Positions 1-14,600 of a stretch of DNA of 64,000 bases are shown piece by piece (position 1 is the first letter of the stretch; each line of letters opens with the position of its first letter). The position numbers and the translations under genes were made by a program. Location of the stretch: NCBI GenBank assembly GCA_013265495.1, contig MU057651.1, forward strand, positions 1,065,674 to 1,129,673, written 5' to 3'. A model generated the notes under the pieces. It worked only from the letters and a program-made list of their open reading frames with translations, did no database searches and was not told the DNA's origin. The stretch comes from Vicugna vicugna. Its lineage: Eukaryota.

Positions 1-17
1 TTTTAAAATTTGCATTC

Positions 18-180
18 TTTTTTATTGAAGTATAGTCAGTTTACAAGGTTGTATCAATTTCTGGTATACAGCATAATGTTTCAGTCATATATATATATAT
101 ACGTATATATATATATATTCATTTTCATGTTCTTTTCATTATAGGTTACTACAAGATATTGAATATAGGTCCCTGCACTA
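18..180 (-). mobile_element. L1 3' tail fragment with (TA)n expansion
   Basis: TTTTTTATTGAAGTATAGTCAGTTTACAA... is the reverse complement of the L1 3' terminus seen at 48340-48370. (TA)n at about 88-118. Confidence 0.8.
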
Positions 181-269
181 AATTCGTTGTTTGTTTATTT
201 TTAAATTGATATAGATTGATTTTTGAATGTAGTAATATTATAATTATTGTATCTAATAGCTGCTGAACA

Positions 270-440
270 CTTACAACCTTATCTTAATCCTTGCAAAATC
301 CATGTGAAATGAGTACTATTATTATGACCCTGACTGTACAAATGAAGAAAACAAGCTCAGAGAGGTTAAATGACTTGCTAAAGTCACACAGCCAATATGA
401 GATAAATCTGGGAATTGAACCTAGAACTGGTTAACATCAT
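270..440 (+). mobile_element. MIR SINE
   Basis: Core GAAGAAAACAAGCTCAGAGAGGTTAAATGACTTGC...GTCACACAGC. Strand refers to the motif as read. Confidence 0.75.
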
Positions 441-3249
441 TTCTCATATCTTTTCAGTCTTTTCAGTCTGCTACCCTCCCTTCAGGTGCTGATCAGAAAT
501 TCCTTAGAATATGAGCTTCTACCATTGTATAAATAAACAGGGGAACTTGACTATAACAAGTAGGTTTTATCAAAGGTAAGTATTTACTCTCTCCTGGTCT
601 TTTATTTGAACAAAAGTCCCTTTCCTGGAAGTCATCAAAACTGACTGTTGAATCAGGGCCAAAGCTCTTTGAAAATGCCTTGAGATCCATGGAGTGGATG
701 GAGGTAGCAGAAGGTGTAATGATCAAGCTCAATTATTCTAAGTTCCAAGATCCACATTCTAAGGGTGGCTCTCAGAGCCTCCTGTCCCAGAAATGATACT
801 GCACATCAAGCTGCCCTTAAAAGGATTCATGTGTGTGCAAACTCCATCTGACTTTCTCCTTTAGTGACATATTGGAATCAAGGACTCTCTGGTGACTCAG
901 AAGGGGCTTTTACAGCAGAGTAAGAAAAACTACTTCATGTAACTGTTTTCCCCCAGATGATTAAATTAAACATCTTTCCTTGTTGTTGGATTTATTTTTC
1001 ACTTTTTAAAATAAACAATCCCAGGATTTTTTTCCCTCTCTAGTCTCCTTATTACTATACCACAGACAAGAGAGACATTTGACACAAACAATTTGGGAGC
1101 AGAATTTACAGTGTTTATTAGATTTCCCTTTGTTTTCTTGGTTAATCCAAATAAACATTTCCCTCCTCTTTTAAAGGAAAAAAGTATCTGGGGCCAACTT
1201 TTTCAGATCACTTCTCTCTCTCTCTCTTTTCCCAAACCCCCAACCCCTACCTCCATCTCATGGTATCTCTTCCTCCACAAGTTCCCCAACTCATTGCTGT
1301 TTTTGTTATGTTTTGTTTTTACTTTCAGAAGAAATTTCAGAGAAAGGCACATGTTCAAGCTTCTCCAGTTCTTATTTCTCCTAAGAATGGCTTCAATGAC
1401 TATTCCTTGTACTATCTTACTCAGTAGACTCAAGTTTTGTATTTACCTCCCTTCCCTTCAAACCCTGTGATCCCCTCCTAACCAATCCATAACCATATAT
1501 GGCCATTTCACTTTCAAGGTATCAGAGAAGGGGATCATTTCTTGTTTTTTGGCCTCCAGTGAGTCCAAAGCCTGAGAGATTTCCTTTATTTGGTTTCCTG
1601 GGCTCCCTTGAGCTATCTCCTCAATTTTCATCTCTGTATCTGAGGCTCTTAGTCAGTTGAACAAGCTCTCACATGTTCATCTAAAGCAGAGGTAAGAAAA
1701 ATAAATAAACCAGGGTCCCATGTTCAGATGTCTCTAATCCAAGTTCTGTGGAGGTGAAGGGGCACCATTCTGGAAAAACAATTGGGTCAGACCGGAGCTG
1801 CCATTCAGCAAACAGCTGCCTTCTTGGCACTAATAACTACTTGTCCTATTTACTCATTGAGTCAGAATTTTAGATCCCTTTCTCTCACAGTCACAAGGTC
1901 CTGACAGGGAAACTATGAGGAAACGGGGAGGCACATTGACTGTCCTTTTCCTAAGGATGGGAATAACCTGAGCAGGTGTGACCAAGGGGAGTGGGGAGAG
2001 ATCCTAGGGACACAGGGCTCCAGGTCCCTGCAAAGGGTGAGTAAAGAATCACCTTGCAGCAGGAGGAAGGCCTCAGGGTAGGGAAATTGAGGTCTCTCGA
2101 TCTACTATGAAGAACTACATTATCTTTCAGCTTGAGATATATGAAGATTCTCAAAATCGGAAGAAGCTATCTGAGCTGCTAAGGTACTACACATCTGCTT
2201 CTGATAATGAGATGGTTTCTTAATCTGAGACTACTGTGGCTATATTACAAAATTTCTCCAGGCTCACCCTAGGCAGGCTCTAATCCCAAATCATGCCCTC
2301 CTTAGCCAAATACCTCTCCCTGTCATGTCCAGTTTATTCTACAGATGTGTTCAGAAGTACTGGTGTATCCTGGCCATCTTATATACTGTGGATTCTATTT
2401 TTCTCACATAGAAGTCTTTAAGGAACAGCAATGTTTGGTTGAGCAGATCTTAGCTAGTAGGACATTCTGCAAGACAAGAACACATTTCCCAGTCACCATT
2501 AGTTAATATCCTCTTTATGGCTCCAGAAATGTATTTCCAAGTAATAAAATATGCTGATTGGCTGAATCACAACAACTAGTCTGGACTAGACTAGGCTAAG
2601 CAGAGGCAAGCATTATGAGATATTCATAACAGTAAGGTTGGTTGGAATGTCAGCATCTCCTCCATCACATCCTTCTCCATCCCTCCAATTATGCACATAA
2701 TGGGACAGGAGGTAGCCAAATACACATGTAGCTGGCAGAGAAAAAACTAAGATAGCAGATAGCAGAAATAGAGCACATGCTTGTGGGAAAGGGGAGGAAA
2801 AGAAGAGGGAATAAGACAGGCCATCACATAGAAAGGCGCTCAAGGCTTCAGGAATTGCCTCTGGCTAGACAGGAATTGACACCTGGGTTCCAGGAAGTCT
2901 GACAAGCAGCTAAATCAGGTGATTGGAGAATATTGGGTTAAAGACCAATGGCAGAAGGGCCATCCTGATCAGGAGCTATCTCCTAGAGAATGAGTTGTCC
3001 TTAGGAGGTGAGTTATACCAAAAGTCTTTCTTGAACAGGAATAACCCCTGGATACTACAATTCCAATAATAACCAGTCAACAGTTATTAACCTCCTATTA
3101 TGTGTCATGCATGATTGGGGTACTAAGATACTAGATCATGAGGTCACAATCCAGTGGTGGAATTTCAATCACAATCCAGTGTAGTCACCATCTCCCAGTC
3201 ACTCTGCTAGTCCTAGGGATTCAGCAGTGAATAAACAATTATGGCCTCT

Positions 3250-3655
3250 AGAGACAGCTATGTGTTTACCAAAATCCTTTCCCTCTTCTTCCCAGGTACA
3301 TAACTAGACTATATTTCCCAACCTTCCTTACAGTTATATGTGGTTATGTGATTGAGTTCCAGCAAACAGAAAGTAAATGGAAGTGATGTGTGCCATTTAA
3401 AGGATCTGGCCCATAAAAACCACCTTAGGTGAATGATTGTCTCTCTCTTCTCCCATTAATGGGCTGGATGTAGATTCTCAAGAGGACATTAGAAGCCACA
3501 TGTTAAAGATGCTAGCACCTCCACTGGCCTGCCATCACCCACCCTGCCATCACCAACTGGACTTTATAAGAGTGAGAAGTAACTTCTACCTTGTTATACT
3601 ATTGAGATTAAGATTTGAGGGTTTATCTCTTACTGAAGTTTGCATTAAATCAATA
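3250..3655 (+). mobile_element. MaLR LTR (MLT1J-like) within L2-like fragments
   Basis: CTAGACTATATTTCCCAACCTTCCTTACAGTT...GGAAGTGATGTGTGCCA and GATTTGAGGGTTTATCT...; flanks (3070-3250, 3660-3960) are L2-like. Confidence 0.65.
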
Positions 3656-5489
3656 CCAAAATCAGAGGTCCATGGAGCTTACAGCCTAGTGGGTATATAG
3701 TAGAAGAGTGTCTAAAATCCTATGGAAACATAGAGGACAGAATGATCAACTTTGTCTAGGACAATAGCAGCAGACTTCATAGACTATAATGTTTGAGATG
3801 AGTCTTTAAGGGGAAAAAATTCCCCACAAGAGACAATGAGTTAAGTTGAGGGCAGCGTATGCTAAGGCACCCAAAGTGAGAGAAGTCAAGTATGGTTGAA
3901 GAGCAGAAGGCAATAGGGTTAGGGGAGGTCCATGGGGATTCAAGCACTGATGAGAAATGAAAAAATGCCACACCACTATGTGGACAGAAGTCTATGTGAT
4001 CCTAGGTATCAGTATATTTGGAAACATATGGAAGTTTGGGGTGGGCCAGCATGAGACAGTTTCCTTCATGAAGTAAATCCAAGCCAGCTCCCAGATAGGA
4101 CCAAGGGCCAAAAATGATGGCTTTGACCTCAGTTCTTGCTGAACTCCATGACTCCTATCCTGCAACCCATCCCTCAACTTTCCCACCCTTATCCACAGGA
4201 AAAGGAGCCCAATGAGTAGTCTTATCCTCACCCCCTAGTTCACAGAAGTTGCTCTTCTGGGCAATAATCCACAGGCTGTGCTCTGCAGCTGTAGCCTGTG
4301 AACAACTTCCAGGAGGCAAGATCCCCGGAGCTAGGAGTTGAAGGGAAAGAGCAACCACCTGCATGTTTTGTTGTGTCTGATTAATCTCAGACAAATATTA
4401 CAATGCTTCATATGTTCCTGGACAACTCTCCAACATCCTGCAATTAGCCTTAAAAGGATATGCTCCACACAGGAAGATAGAATGAGGGTGACTCTGATCT
4501 GAGGGTGTAGATAAACAAATAAAACTATAGACTGAAATGGAAGGAAACTTTGAGATCACCCAGTTCAAATGTCTTGTGCAACAGATGAGAAAATAGGTTC
4601 AAGGAGGGGTCATGGCTTGCCTTACATCACAGAATGAGTCAGTAGCACAGACAGGACCTCCAGGTCTCAACTCCCAGCCCAGTGTTCTTTCAACTGTACT
4701 CATCAAGCATCTAGACCAGTTGGAAGAAGGATGCTGAGAGTTACTGATGAAGGAAATGGTGGGAGGTTCCAAGGCAGGTAAGCTTAACATCTGGCCAAAA
4801 TGTTACAGACAAGGCTTAGTCATGTGCTTTCCTTGTATAGTCTTTCCATTGGGTCGCATGCATCTGAAAACAATAGGCAGAGGAAAAATTAATTTGAGTC
4901 CCATTCACTTTGTAGAGGAAGGAGACAGTCACCTCTGTGATCTGGTTTGAGGGGTGCAGAAGAGGCCCTCCTGCCCCAGATGATCTTTCCTATCAGCCTG
5001 CTATTCCAGGTAAGTATTGACTTTCCTGGAGGTTGCCTCTAAAAAAGCCTTGGAGAGAAAACTCTGAAGGCTGTTTCCAGCTACTAAAATCTTAGTATGA
5101 ATTAGGCACAGATTTTATTTCCAGGGGTTTTATTAATTCACATGGAGGAAAGCAGCAAATAATGTAAGCCAAGGGCCAGACCAATAGGTCATGTGGTGTT
5201 TGGACTTCTTTAGAACTTTCCTGTCCATGTAGAGAAAGTATCCCAGCTTTGGAGATTAACTGCAGTGAGAAAATAGCCCAGAGACCTGGATGGGGCCTAG
5301 AAATTCAGGTTGCCTCCTACTGCAAGTTCCAGGGAGCTCTGTTGTGTGCATGCTTTAATCCTAATCACTGCCATCCAAAGGTCTCGCTGGTCATGCCCTT
5401 GAACTTGCCACGCAAGGAGTCCTCTCTTCACTTCTTTCTGCACCTGGATTCACAGCAGTCATTCTTGCTCCTCATCCCTGGGGTTAATA

Positions 5490-5690
5490 TAGTGAGGCAT
5501 AGTTTACAAAGCTCTCTCCCTGTACCTTGTAAGACAAGTAAGAGAGAAGGTCTTATGCTCCTCACTTTACAAGTGGGAAACCTATGGCCCAGAGAGATTA
5601 AGTGACTTGCCCAAAGTCACAAAAGCAATAGAGGTAATTGTCAAGTCAAACCAGAACCCAAGTGTTCTGTCTCCAAACCCTGTCTTCCTT
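5490..5690 (+). mobile_element. MIR SINE
   Basis: GGAAACCTATGGCCCAGAGAGATTAAGTGACTTGCCCAAAGTCACA. Further MIRs at about 4530-4700, 5900-6130 and 8780-8930. Confidence 0.75.
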
Positions 5691-7059
5691 CTCTACATTG
5701 ATATTCCTGAAGTATTCTCCACAGAGCACAAGTTCATTAAGAATTACATTGGAAGAAAGAAGAGGTCCATGATCTAATAATCACTTCTTTTTCTACTCCC
5801 CTTGTGATGATACACGAGGCACATCAGCCTATTGGAGGCTTCGAGAAGTAATCTGTATAATTCAGACTTTCCAAAAAAGTATTTATGAATAAGAAGAGTT
5901 CACATTAATTAAGTACTTAGAGTTCCAGGCCGTGCACTATGTATTTTACATGCAGTAGTTTATTATATCCACCAAACAGTCTTATGGTCTTAGTACTGTG
6001 CTTCTTCTGATTTTACCAATGACAAGACCAAGGCCTAGAGAGATGAGTTGACTTGCCTCAGTAGGGAAGTTCGCATAGTAGGAACATGACTAGAAAGGTT
6101 CTTAAACCCAGCCGTCAGATCCTATGCAATATTTGGCCACGAAAATTTTCTGCGCACAAGCCCTCTTTACATCCCAGAGAACTAGCCTCTTACAGAATCA
6201 ATGTTAGGAATGTAGTTCCCCCATTCACCAACCTTTAACAATAACCTTACCTTGTTCTTACTGCCTCATCTCTCAACACCCAGAATCATCCAGAAAAGGT
6301 GTTACTTTCTACCACTGAGCACAGAACCTACACGCTGGAAAATCAGACTGCTGTTTGGCTACAGGAGGAGAGAGAAAGGTGTAGAGAGCATCAGCACTGT
6401 GCCAGTAAGGCAACCAGAGACTGGGCCTTGAAAGATGAGATGCCACCAACCAAACAGGCCTATTTCACACTTTTGTTCTACATGCTCAGAGGCAGAATCA
6501 TAACAGAATTCTCAGTTGAATCAGTCAAACGTGTCTTCTCTCTACCCAGCAGGGCAACTGGAATGATACAAATCCACTGTGGGGCTGCTGCTGATTGCAA
6601 TGCCAAGTAAATGGATCAAGGTAGATCGGCTCAACTGAAAGCAGCAATTGAAGTCACTGGATAGTGGTCCTGCCACTGGGTGTGCATGCACACACACATA
6701 CACACACACAGAGATTCAATATGCCAGAAAAACTGGCTAATGAGGTCAGTTCAGTCAAACAACCAGTCAATTTAATGGCGAGGGGGAAAAAGTAAGTCAA
6801 AGGAGATGCTTGACTAAACTAGTGAATCAATTCAATACAGTCATTCAATCCATAGAAAAGCTCCAGTAGACACAGTTCAGTTGTCTTTGGGGAAATAGCA
6901 ATAATGAAGCGCAAGACCCAGGAAAAGAGAGGTGAATTGCAACACAAAGAATTTATGTTAAATGTCAGGGAAAGTTTTTTGACAATGAAGTGGTGTCCAA
7001 ATGGCTTCTTTGGAAGGAATTTCACAAGTGAAAAACAGTGGAAACTTTCAGTAGAGAAA

Positions 7060-7960
7060 CAAGGCAGGAGACAATATTTGCAACACATAAGACAGATGAA
7101 GAGTTGACCTCCTTCATATTTTTAAAGGCTTTTACAATTTGATATGAAAAAGACAACCCACACAATAGAAAAATAGGAAAGATTATGAACCAGTGAATCA
7201 CTGCAGAAAATCTCTAGCTGCTAACTCAGAATCATAGCAGAGTGTCTCAGAATGCAAATGGCAAAGACATATATGATAGTACAAAATACTCAACTTCACT
7301 AGCAGTCAAAGAAACACACATTAATATAACAAGGAAATACATTTTATCCTTCAATTGCAAAGATAAAAAAATTAAAAGATTGTCACTATTCAATATTGGC
7401 AAGCATCTTCATACACTGCTAGTGGGAATGTGAATTATTTTTTCTGTTCTGGCAGAACAAAAAATCTTATAAAAATCTTAAATATACATACTCTTTCGTC
7501 CAGCATTCTCACTGTATACATGGAGAATTTAAAAAGCACAAGTATACAAGGAATGTAAATCCGCATTAGACAGATAGAGTGCAAAAAAAATGCAAACAAC
7601 ATATTATCCCTCAATAAGGGGATGGTAGAATAAATTAAGGTACATCCATCTAACAGAATATTCTTCAGGTATTTTTTAATTGATTATACCTATACTGTTG
7701 ACCTGGAAGAATGTCCATGATACATTGGTAAGTAAAAATAGGTTATAAAATAATGTATATGGTTGGTTTCATTTTTGCAAACCAAAAAAGGGGAGAAGCC
7801 TATGTGTTTATGTGTACCTGTATATACAGAAAAGTATAGAAATATACACATCAAGATGATAATATATATTTCATTAGGAAGATAGAATTGGAGGAGGAAG
7901 AGGGGAAACAACTATTTTTTTTCCTTCATACATTGCTTTACTTTTTGTTACCATGGACTG
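7060..7960 (+). mobile_element. Ancient L1ME-type ORF2 end / 3' UTR
   Basis: Degenerate L1 motifs: AATATTTGCAACACATA, CTCAACTTCACTAGCAGTCAAAGAAA, CATACACTGCTAGTGGGAATGTGAATT. Confidence 0.65.
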
Positions 7961-9246
7961 TATTACATTTTTGAAGTAGAAAACATTAGCATTTTTATTT
8001 AATATGGAGGGGATATTACCTTTTCTAGTTAGCAAAAAATAAAGTGAAAATATTTCAGGCCTTCTCCACCTTTAAAATACTTTTTCCCAATACTCCAAAG
8101 TCTATTTGGAAACAACAGATGGCACTTTCCCACTCCTAGAACCATTCTGTGCAAATCCAAGAGAAAGAATCCTTTCTCCCCACTGATTAGAATGTCTGTC
8201 ACAGTGGAAGCTGGGCTCTTGGAAAGCTATGTTGTGGAATCAGGGCCAGAAGCCAATACTGACGCCCAGGGTCAGATGACAGAGTATATGCTCCTTGCAC
8301 AGGGTGTGTGACTACAACTAAAATATGAAAAACCTAGTTTCTAATGTGTCTCATAAGCCAGTTCTAAAAGCATTTCCCAAAAAAGAAGTCCAAAATATTT
8401 GGGCAGTAGTGGCTGCTTTGGTATAAGCATGTTCCCCCAAGGTTGCTATTTGGAAGGACAACACTCAACCACTTCAAAGTGATTCTCATCTGTTAGTGTA
8501 AAATGTTCTGGTCTGTTGATATAAAAAACACAAAAAAGCAGTCTCGTTTTATGGCCCCACCAATTCTGCTAAGTGCAATAACTATTTAACCGTGGATATT
8601 TGCACTTTTAATTCAACCTTTATGGGAATTTCATGTGACTTATTGCAGAGCTATCCTGTTGTCACTGCACTTTCAGGGACCTGGGCCCTACGTAGTGGAA
8701 GCTGACTTCATTTGGAAAACCCAAAGGGCACTGTGGTTACTACTTCTACTACTACCACTACTGAGAGAAGCTACCATTTCTGAGTGCCTGTTTACCATGC
8801 GCCAGGCATTGTGTCAAGTGACAAAGAAATTGAGTCATGAGGGGGCTGAGTAACTTGCCTAAGGCCACACAGCTAGAATAATTTGGAGCTAGAGAATGAA
8901 ACCAGTCTGATTGAAAAACCCTTTGCCCTCACCCTCTTTGTTATATACCTTAAAGGGCCACAGTGGTTCTCCAGCTTCAGCTTTTAGTCCATTCATTCAT
9001 TCATAGAATAATTCTACCACATTTACTGAGCATTTACTATGTGTAAGCCATTGTGCTGAGAATGCAGAGAAAAGTGAAATACCATTTCTACTCTTGATAA
9101 ATTTATATTCTTGTGTAGAATAGAAGTAAGCAACCATAGCATAATGTAGTATGACAATGTAATATATATCAGGAACCAGGAATGCTTGTGAACAAGTATG
9201 AGGAGCCCCAGTACTGCCTGGCAGCAGAAAGGAGACAACTGTTTTA

Positions 9247-9887
9247 TTTTGTTTTAACATTTTTTATTGATTTATAATCATTTTACAATGTTGTGTCAAA
9301 TTCCAGTGTAGAGCACAATTTTTCAATTATACATGAACATACATATATATTCATTGTCACATTCCTTTCTCTGTGAGCTACCATAAGACTTTGTATATAT
9401 TTCCCTGTGCTATACAGTATAATCTTGTTTATCTATTCTACAATTTTGAAATCCCAGTCTATCTCTTCCCACCCCCTGCCCCTTGGCAACCACAAGTCTG
9501 TATTCTATGTCTATGAGTCTGTTTCTGTTTTGTATTTATGCTTTGTTTTTTTGTTTTTGTTTTTGTAATATATGAGTCATATGGTACTTTTCTTTCTCTT
9601 TCTGGCTTACTTCACTTAGAATGACATTCTCCAGGAACATCTATGTTGCTGCAAATGGCGTTATGTTGTCAGTTTTTATGGCTGAATAGTATTCCATTGT
9701 ATAAATATACCACATCTTCTTTATCCAGTCATCTGTTGATGGACATTTAGGCTGTCTCCATGTCTTGGCTATTGTAAATAGTGCTGCTATGAACATCGGG
9801 GTGCAGGTGTCATCCTGAAGTAGGGTTCCTTCTGGATATAAGCCCAGGAGTGGGATTCCTGGGTCATATGGTGAGTCTATTCCTAAG
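9247..9887 (-). mobile_element. Young 5'-truncated L1 (ORF2 C-terminus + 3' UTR)
   Basis: Encodes PYDPGIPLLGLYP...[44 protein letters not shown]. Perfect 13-bp TSD GACAACTGTTTTA (9234-9246 / 9888-9900). Confidence 0.92.
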
Positions 9888-10995
9888 GACAACTGTTTTA
9901 GGTCCAGAGAAGGCTTGATTTGAAAGAGACCATCTCAACATGTATAAAGGTCAAGTCGTAGATCCTGACTTTTCTTTAGTATTTTTGTTAGGATCTAGAA
10001 AGGATACGATATAAGAAAGCACCTTAAAAAGGAAAAAGTGGAAAGAGCCATGTGAAAAGAATACAGTCGTTCCTTTAAAAACAAGTTGAGAAACATTAAG
10101 TCCCTGAAATTAGTATGATGTGGTTAGTCATTAGATACTTTCACTAATGCAATTAGAAATAAAAGCAAAGCACTTGATGAATTGTAAGCAGAGCAAAGCT
10201 ATCAGAGCATGGAAGTTGCTTGAACTGCTTGAAATATGCAAACAGGTAACCATGGGTCAGCTTTTTGGTATCTGATATCTGTGAAAAAGATTCTCTATCA
10301 AACAGAGTAATTACTATCTGGGGTAGATTATTTGAAGTTTATTGCGAGAAAGGGAACTAATTGTATCTCAGAATTTATGTTTTTTTAATCTTTATATAAT
10401 CTTTTCTTTAAAAGACACAATTTTAGAGACAATAATGGATGCTGTTATTTTAATAAGTTTCCTTTCATAGGATAAAGAGAGATTGGGTCATGTTAATCTA
10501 GCTTCTCTAAGTTTCACATTAGAAGACGACTGTGGAATGGGCAGACAAGACCCAAATGTTCACTTAAGCTGAAAAACCTTGTCATTACCATGGATCTATA
10601 CAGACAAGGGGGTCAAATTTACTCAGGAGGTTAATGAGTGCTGCTAAGGAGAAGAGAAAAAGGGTATGAGTTTGAGCTCATTAGATTGAGCCAGGTGTAG
10701 AAAAAGAGAAAAGAAAAAGGAATCAGCTACATCTTGCCAGCACTAAGTCAGTGAACATCAGCTTTGTGGAGAATGGTGCACCATCAACCCCTAGAATAAG
10801 GCATACTGAGAACAAGTGATGACTTGGAATTCATAGCTTATGTGGAAAACTTTCTGTTCATCCACTGCATCAGGAGAGCTTCCCTCAAGTAGCTCAATAG
10901 CTTGATTGGACTTGTAGTTTAGTTCCTTCAGGGTGCTTTCTGCCATTCTAAGAGAGCGAGCGAGCAAGAGAAAGAATGTTGGAAATTGTCAACAT

Positions 10996-11695
10996 ATACC
11001 AGCTATCTATTGCTGTGTAACCAATCACCTCAAAACTTGATAATTTAAAACAACACTTATTTGGCTTATAATTTTGTGGGTCACCTGGGTGGCTCACTGC
11101 ATTGGGATTAGAGTGAGGCAAGTAAAATGCCCTAAGGCACAAAATTTAAGGAGGAATCCACTCTTAGGATCATGCAATTGCCAACTCTGTACTTGCATGA
11201 TCCTCAGAATGAATGCGTCCTTAAAATTTGTGCTCTAGACATTTCACTTGCTTCACCGTAGTGCTGGCCCTGATGATTCTTCTGATCTAAGCCAGCGGGG
11301 GTTGTCCTTGCTGGTTTCTTTTATTCTATGGTATGGTGGTCAGGTGGTACATCAGCTAACAGCTAGATGATCTAAGATAGTCTCACTTACATGTCTGGCA
11401 TTTGGTAGGCTATTGACAGAGGCAATAGGGGTGACTGAGCCCCATATGTCTCTTCATTTAGCATACTAGCACAAGCTTCTTCACCTGCTGTCCTTTACAG
11501 ATTCTTTTAAGCAGTGAAAGAGAGCAAGTCCCAATGTGTGAGCAATTTTCAAGTCTCTGTTTGTATTTCATGTGCTACTTGTTCTAATGGCCAAAATAGG
11601 TCACACAACCAACTCCAGAGTGAGAGTGGAAGGAGATTATATGAAGGCATGCATCAGGGATACATGAACAAATTGTGACCATTACTATACCACAA
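10996..11695 (-). mobile_element. MaLR LTR (MLT1 family) interrupted by a MITE
   Basis: Begins with ATCTATTGCTGTGTAACCAATCACCTCAAAACTT...TTAAAACAACA; ends ...ACCACA. Confidence 0.75.
11097..11272. mobile_element. Palindromic hAT MITE, MER96-like
   Basis: Whole-element inverted repeat: GTGAGGCAAGT..AAAATTTAAGGAGG..GGATCATGCAA / TTGCATGATCC..TCCTTAAAATTT..ACTTGCTTCAC. Confidence 0.8.
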
Positions 11696-14600
11696 TGTCA
11701 AACAATAAATTACAGAAATTGAAGAGAATGGCTGTGCTGAATGCATCAACTGAATAAATTACTGATTTGTAACCAGGAGGGCACCAGAAGAAGGATTCTT
11801 TCCAGACTGCATTGGCCAGTCAGGAACTTCCTCACTAAAGAAATTAGACTGCATTGATGCAACATATGCATTCCTCAGAGTTTCAAACATGGGCTTTCCA
11901 AGGATCTGTCCCATTTGTGACTTGTTCCCTAAATCTCCATCTGATGAGAACCCTGAAAAGGACATCTTCAACACTCCCACAAGGCACACACCACAAGAGA
12001 AACCAGGAATTTTTCCCCTGAAAGAGGCTGAGAATCCTTGTTTTAAAGGAAAAGGAACCTTCATTCCTAACCCTAAATACATAAACACCATTTTACCATG
12101 GGATATAAGCACTGCTTCTGTTTGAAGCTCAACTGCTCTCCAAATCCGCATCTAGTTACATAAAAAAGTTACCATTTTCCTAATTGGTTATGGGTAGAAT
12201 TTGGCAAATAAACCAATAAAAATATCTGAACGTTTACTACTCCTTTTAACCTCACCTCCTATTTAGCTAACGCACTCCAATTCTATCTGGAATGTAGATC
12301 CTGACACAGTCAACCACATTGCCTCAAATCTGTCTTATAGGAACTCTATGACCATCTTGATAGTGAGGAAATATCCTTTGTTCTTGTCTTGGGAGCTCTG
12401 AAGAGCAGGATTCTGAAGAGCATGTTCCTTGCCTGCTAGGAGCTTTAACACACCGACAACTCTGATGTGTGCAAACAGGAGGACAAGGGAATAGTTAGGT
12501 GATTGTGGTATCAGTCACTTTACATGGTGTACAAACATATCCTGAAACAAGCCAGTTGGAGCAATTGTCAAAGATATCTAAATTTGGTATGAAAAGTGTC
12601 AGCAGTCTCAGTCACTCATTCTTCCTTGGAAATCATTCCAAGCAAAGAGGTTCTGAGAGGCTCATTTTCACTTGGTGGAACCAAAGAGCACATTATTTAC
12701 TGGTGAGATGAGCTGGCTATATTTTATCCATTGACAGTTATTCCCCCAGGCAGATCATCAAAATGCAGCTGTTGGAGTAATTATGGGAAATGTATTCACA
12801 TACATGTGAGGTGGGTCATCTTCAGAAGAAAGACCAAGCAACTGAGGTGGGGCTTATTGTGAATACGCACAGGAACCTTATTTGAAGAAAACTCGCAAAT
12901 TGTTGGCTTACCAAGGAATCTGAAGCAGTAACAGGACCACTGGGGAAAAAAGTGTCTCAGACCTCTCACCACACACAGCTTACCCAAGAGGTAGATCAGT
13001 TCCACTAAGAGCCAGCTCATTCTCTAAAACATTAGGTATTTTCCTGCCATTATTTAGGAGCAAGTTTTCCCTTTCACTGAATTTTCACTGTAAATGAGAA
13101 AGATAAATAGGTTCTTTCAAAACTGAAAGCAATTAATTCCAGCATCAAACATTTCCAAAACCATTTCCATGACCTTCCCTATGATCCCTAACAACATTGT
13201 TCATTCTAGGTCTAGGAGCAGTGTTCTACATCTGCTTTTTGGATGCTCACACTGATTTAATAGGCTTTGGTGGAGTTACCTCTCAATTTTTGAAATGCAA
13301 TTGGTTTTGGTCCCAATTGGGTGTAGAGGAAGGTGACACTAAGACATTAGGTTTCATCAAGATAATTATTCTCTAGCATACACTTTGGGAAGAAGAAAAG
13401 TCACTGACTACACCAGGGTAGATAATGCAGGGTTTGAATACTAAGCAGAAGAGCTCAGGCTGAGCTTACCCCTTCCAGACATACTCTCTACTCCATTTAT
13501 ACTGATGATCTCATTGTCATCCTAGCTTCTGTGTTTCTCACTCCTATAATTCCTATGTGGTCTCTCTACCCAGAAATACTTTCCTCTGTTTCCTTTGTCT
13601 ATCAAAATCTTAATAAGTCTTTGAAGCCTAGATTAAGTCCCATATCTTCGGAAAATCCTTCCTTGACTGCCCCCAGACTAAGGACATCTCTTCCTTTTCA
13701 CAAACAGTAACACCTACACTAGCTCTTGGTGTACCTCTTGTATTGTTCTATGCCTATTTTATAAGTATTAGCCCTTCCTCCCTAAATATATTCTAAGATG
13801 CTCAAAGGCAAGAACCACGTATGTTATGTTGCTCATGAAATACTCTCTTTCTATATACACACAGTGGCTATATAAGAGCATCTTGTTCGAAGAAAACAGT
13901 AAATGTTTGTTCTTCATCTATGTGTCAGTAGGAGGTCAATAAAGACTTGAGTAGGTCTTTTAATGAAAGCAAAGTCCTCAGAATTGTTCTGAGGCAAACT
14001 TAAAGAAACAAAATAGATTGTTTCCCTGGCTGATAAATCATATTCCAACACCACTGGCTAAACTGATTTGCCCTATATGGAGAATTTGTGGAGAGGTGCC
14101 AACTTTGAAGGAGAATGATGGCTTCTGTTTTTCTACATGTACACGTAGTCATTTTGGTTGAATAATTAGTTAAGTGACTGGGGTTTATGGACTATTATTT
14201 TTTACTTTTCAACCCATGGTTATTACGTCAGACAGATATAACCTCAGTGGTAAGACAGCCATAGAGCCAAGCTAACCCAGTGAGAATGAGCAGTATCACC
14301 ACAGCCAGGATGGCAGTCTGGGGAGATCAAAAGAGCCCTAAACTAGGGAATCAGGAAAGCCAAGCTCGAGTTTAATCTCAAGTCTAGCTGAGTGACTGAT
14401 GGATTGGTCAGTTATTGCTTTGAGTCTGAGTTTCCTTATCTATAAAAAGATGACCAATAGCCCCAAAAGACTGTAAGAAGATAAAAAGTCAATGCATCTT
14501 AAAATTGGCAGAGACAAGGTCTGAACAGACAAACAGCAGGAAATTTTCTTTACCAGTTATGGGCTGTACCACAGCTACAGCCCACTAGGTGTAGCTGATA

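Noticed and set aside
5007..5015. Perfect splice donor CAG|GTAAGT
   Set aside because: A given 9-mer is expected about 0.5 times by chance on both strands of 64 kb, and there is no associated exon evidence.
9900..13100. Unique-looking stretch with 70-130-aa ORFs (e.g. ICPICDLF, DDLEFIAYVENFL), possibly a decayed gag or pseudogene
   Set aside because: I could not recognise any convincing family motif, and the frames I translated contain many stops. BLASTX or an HMM search would be needed to revisit this.
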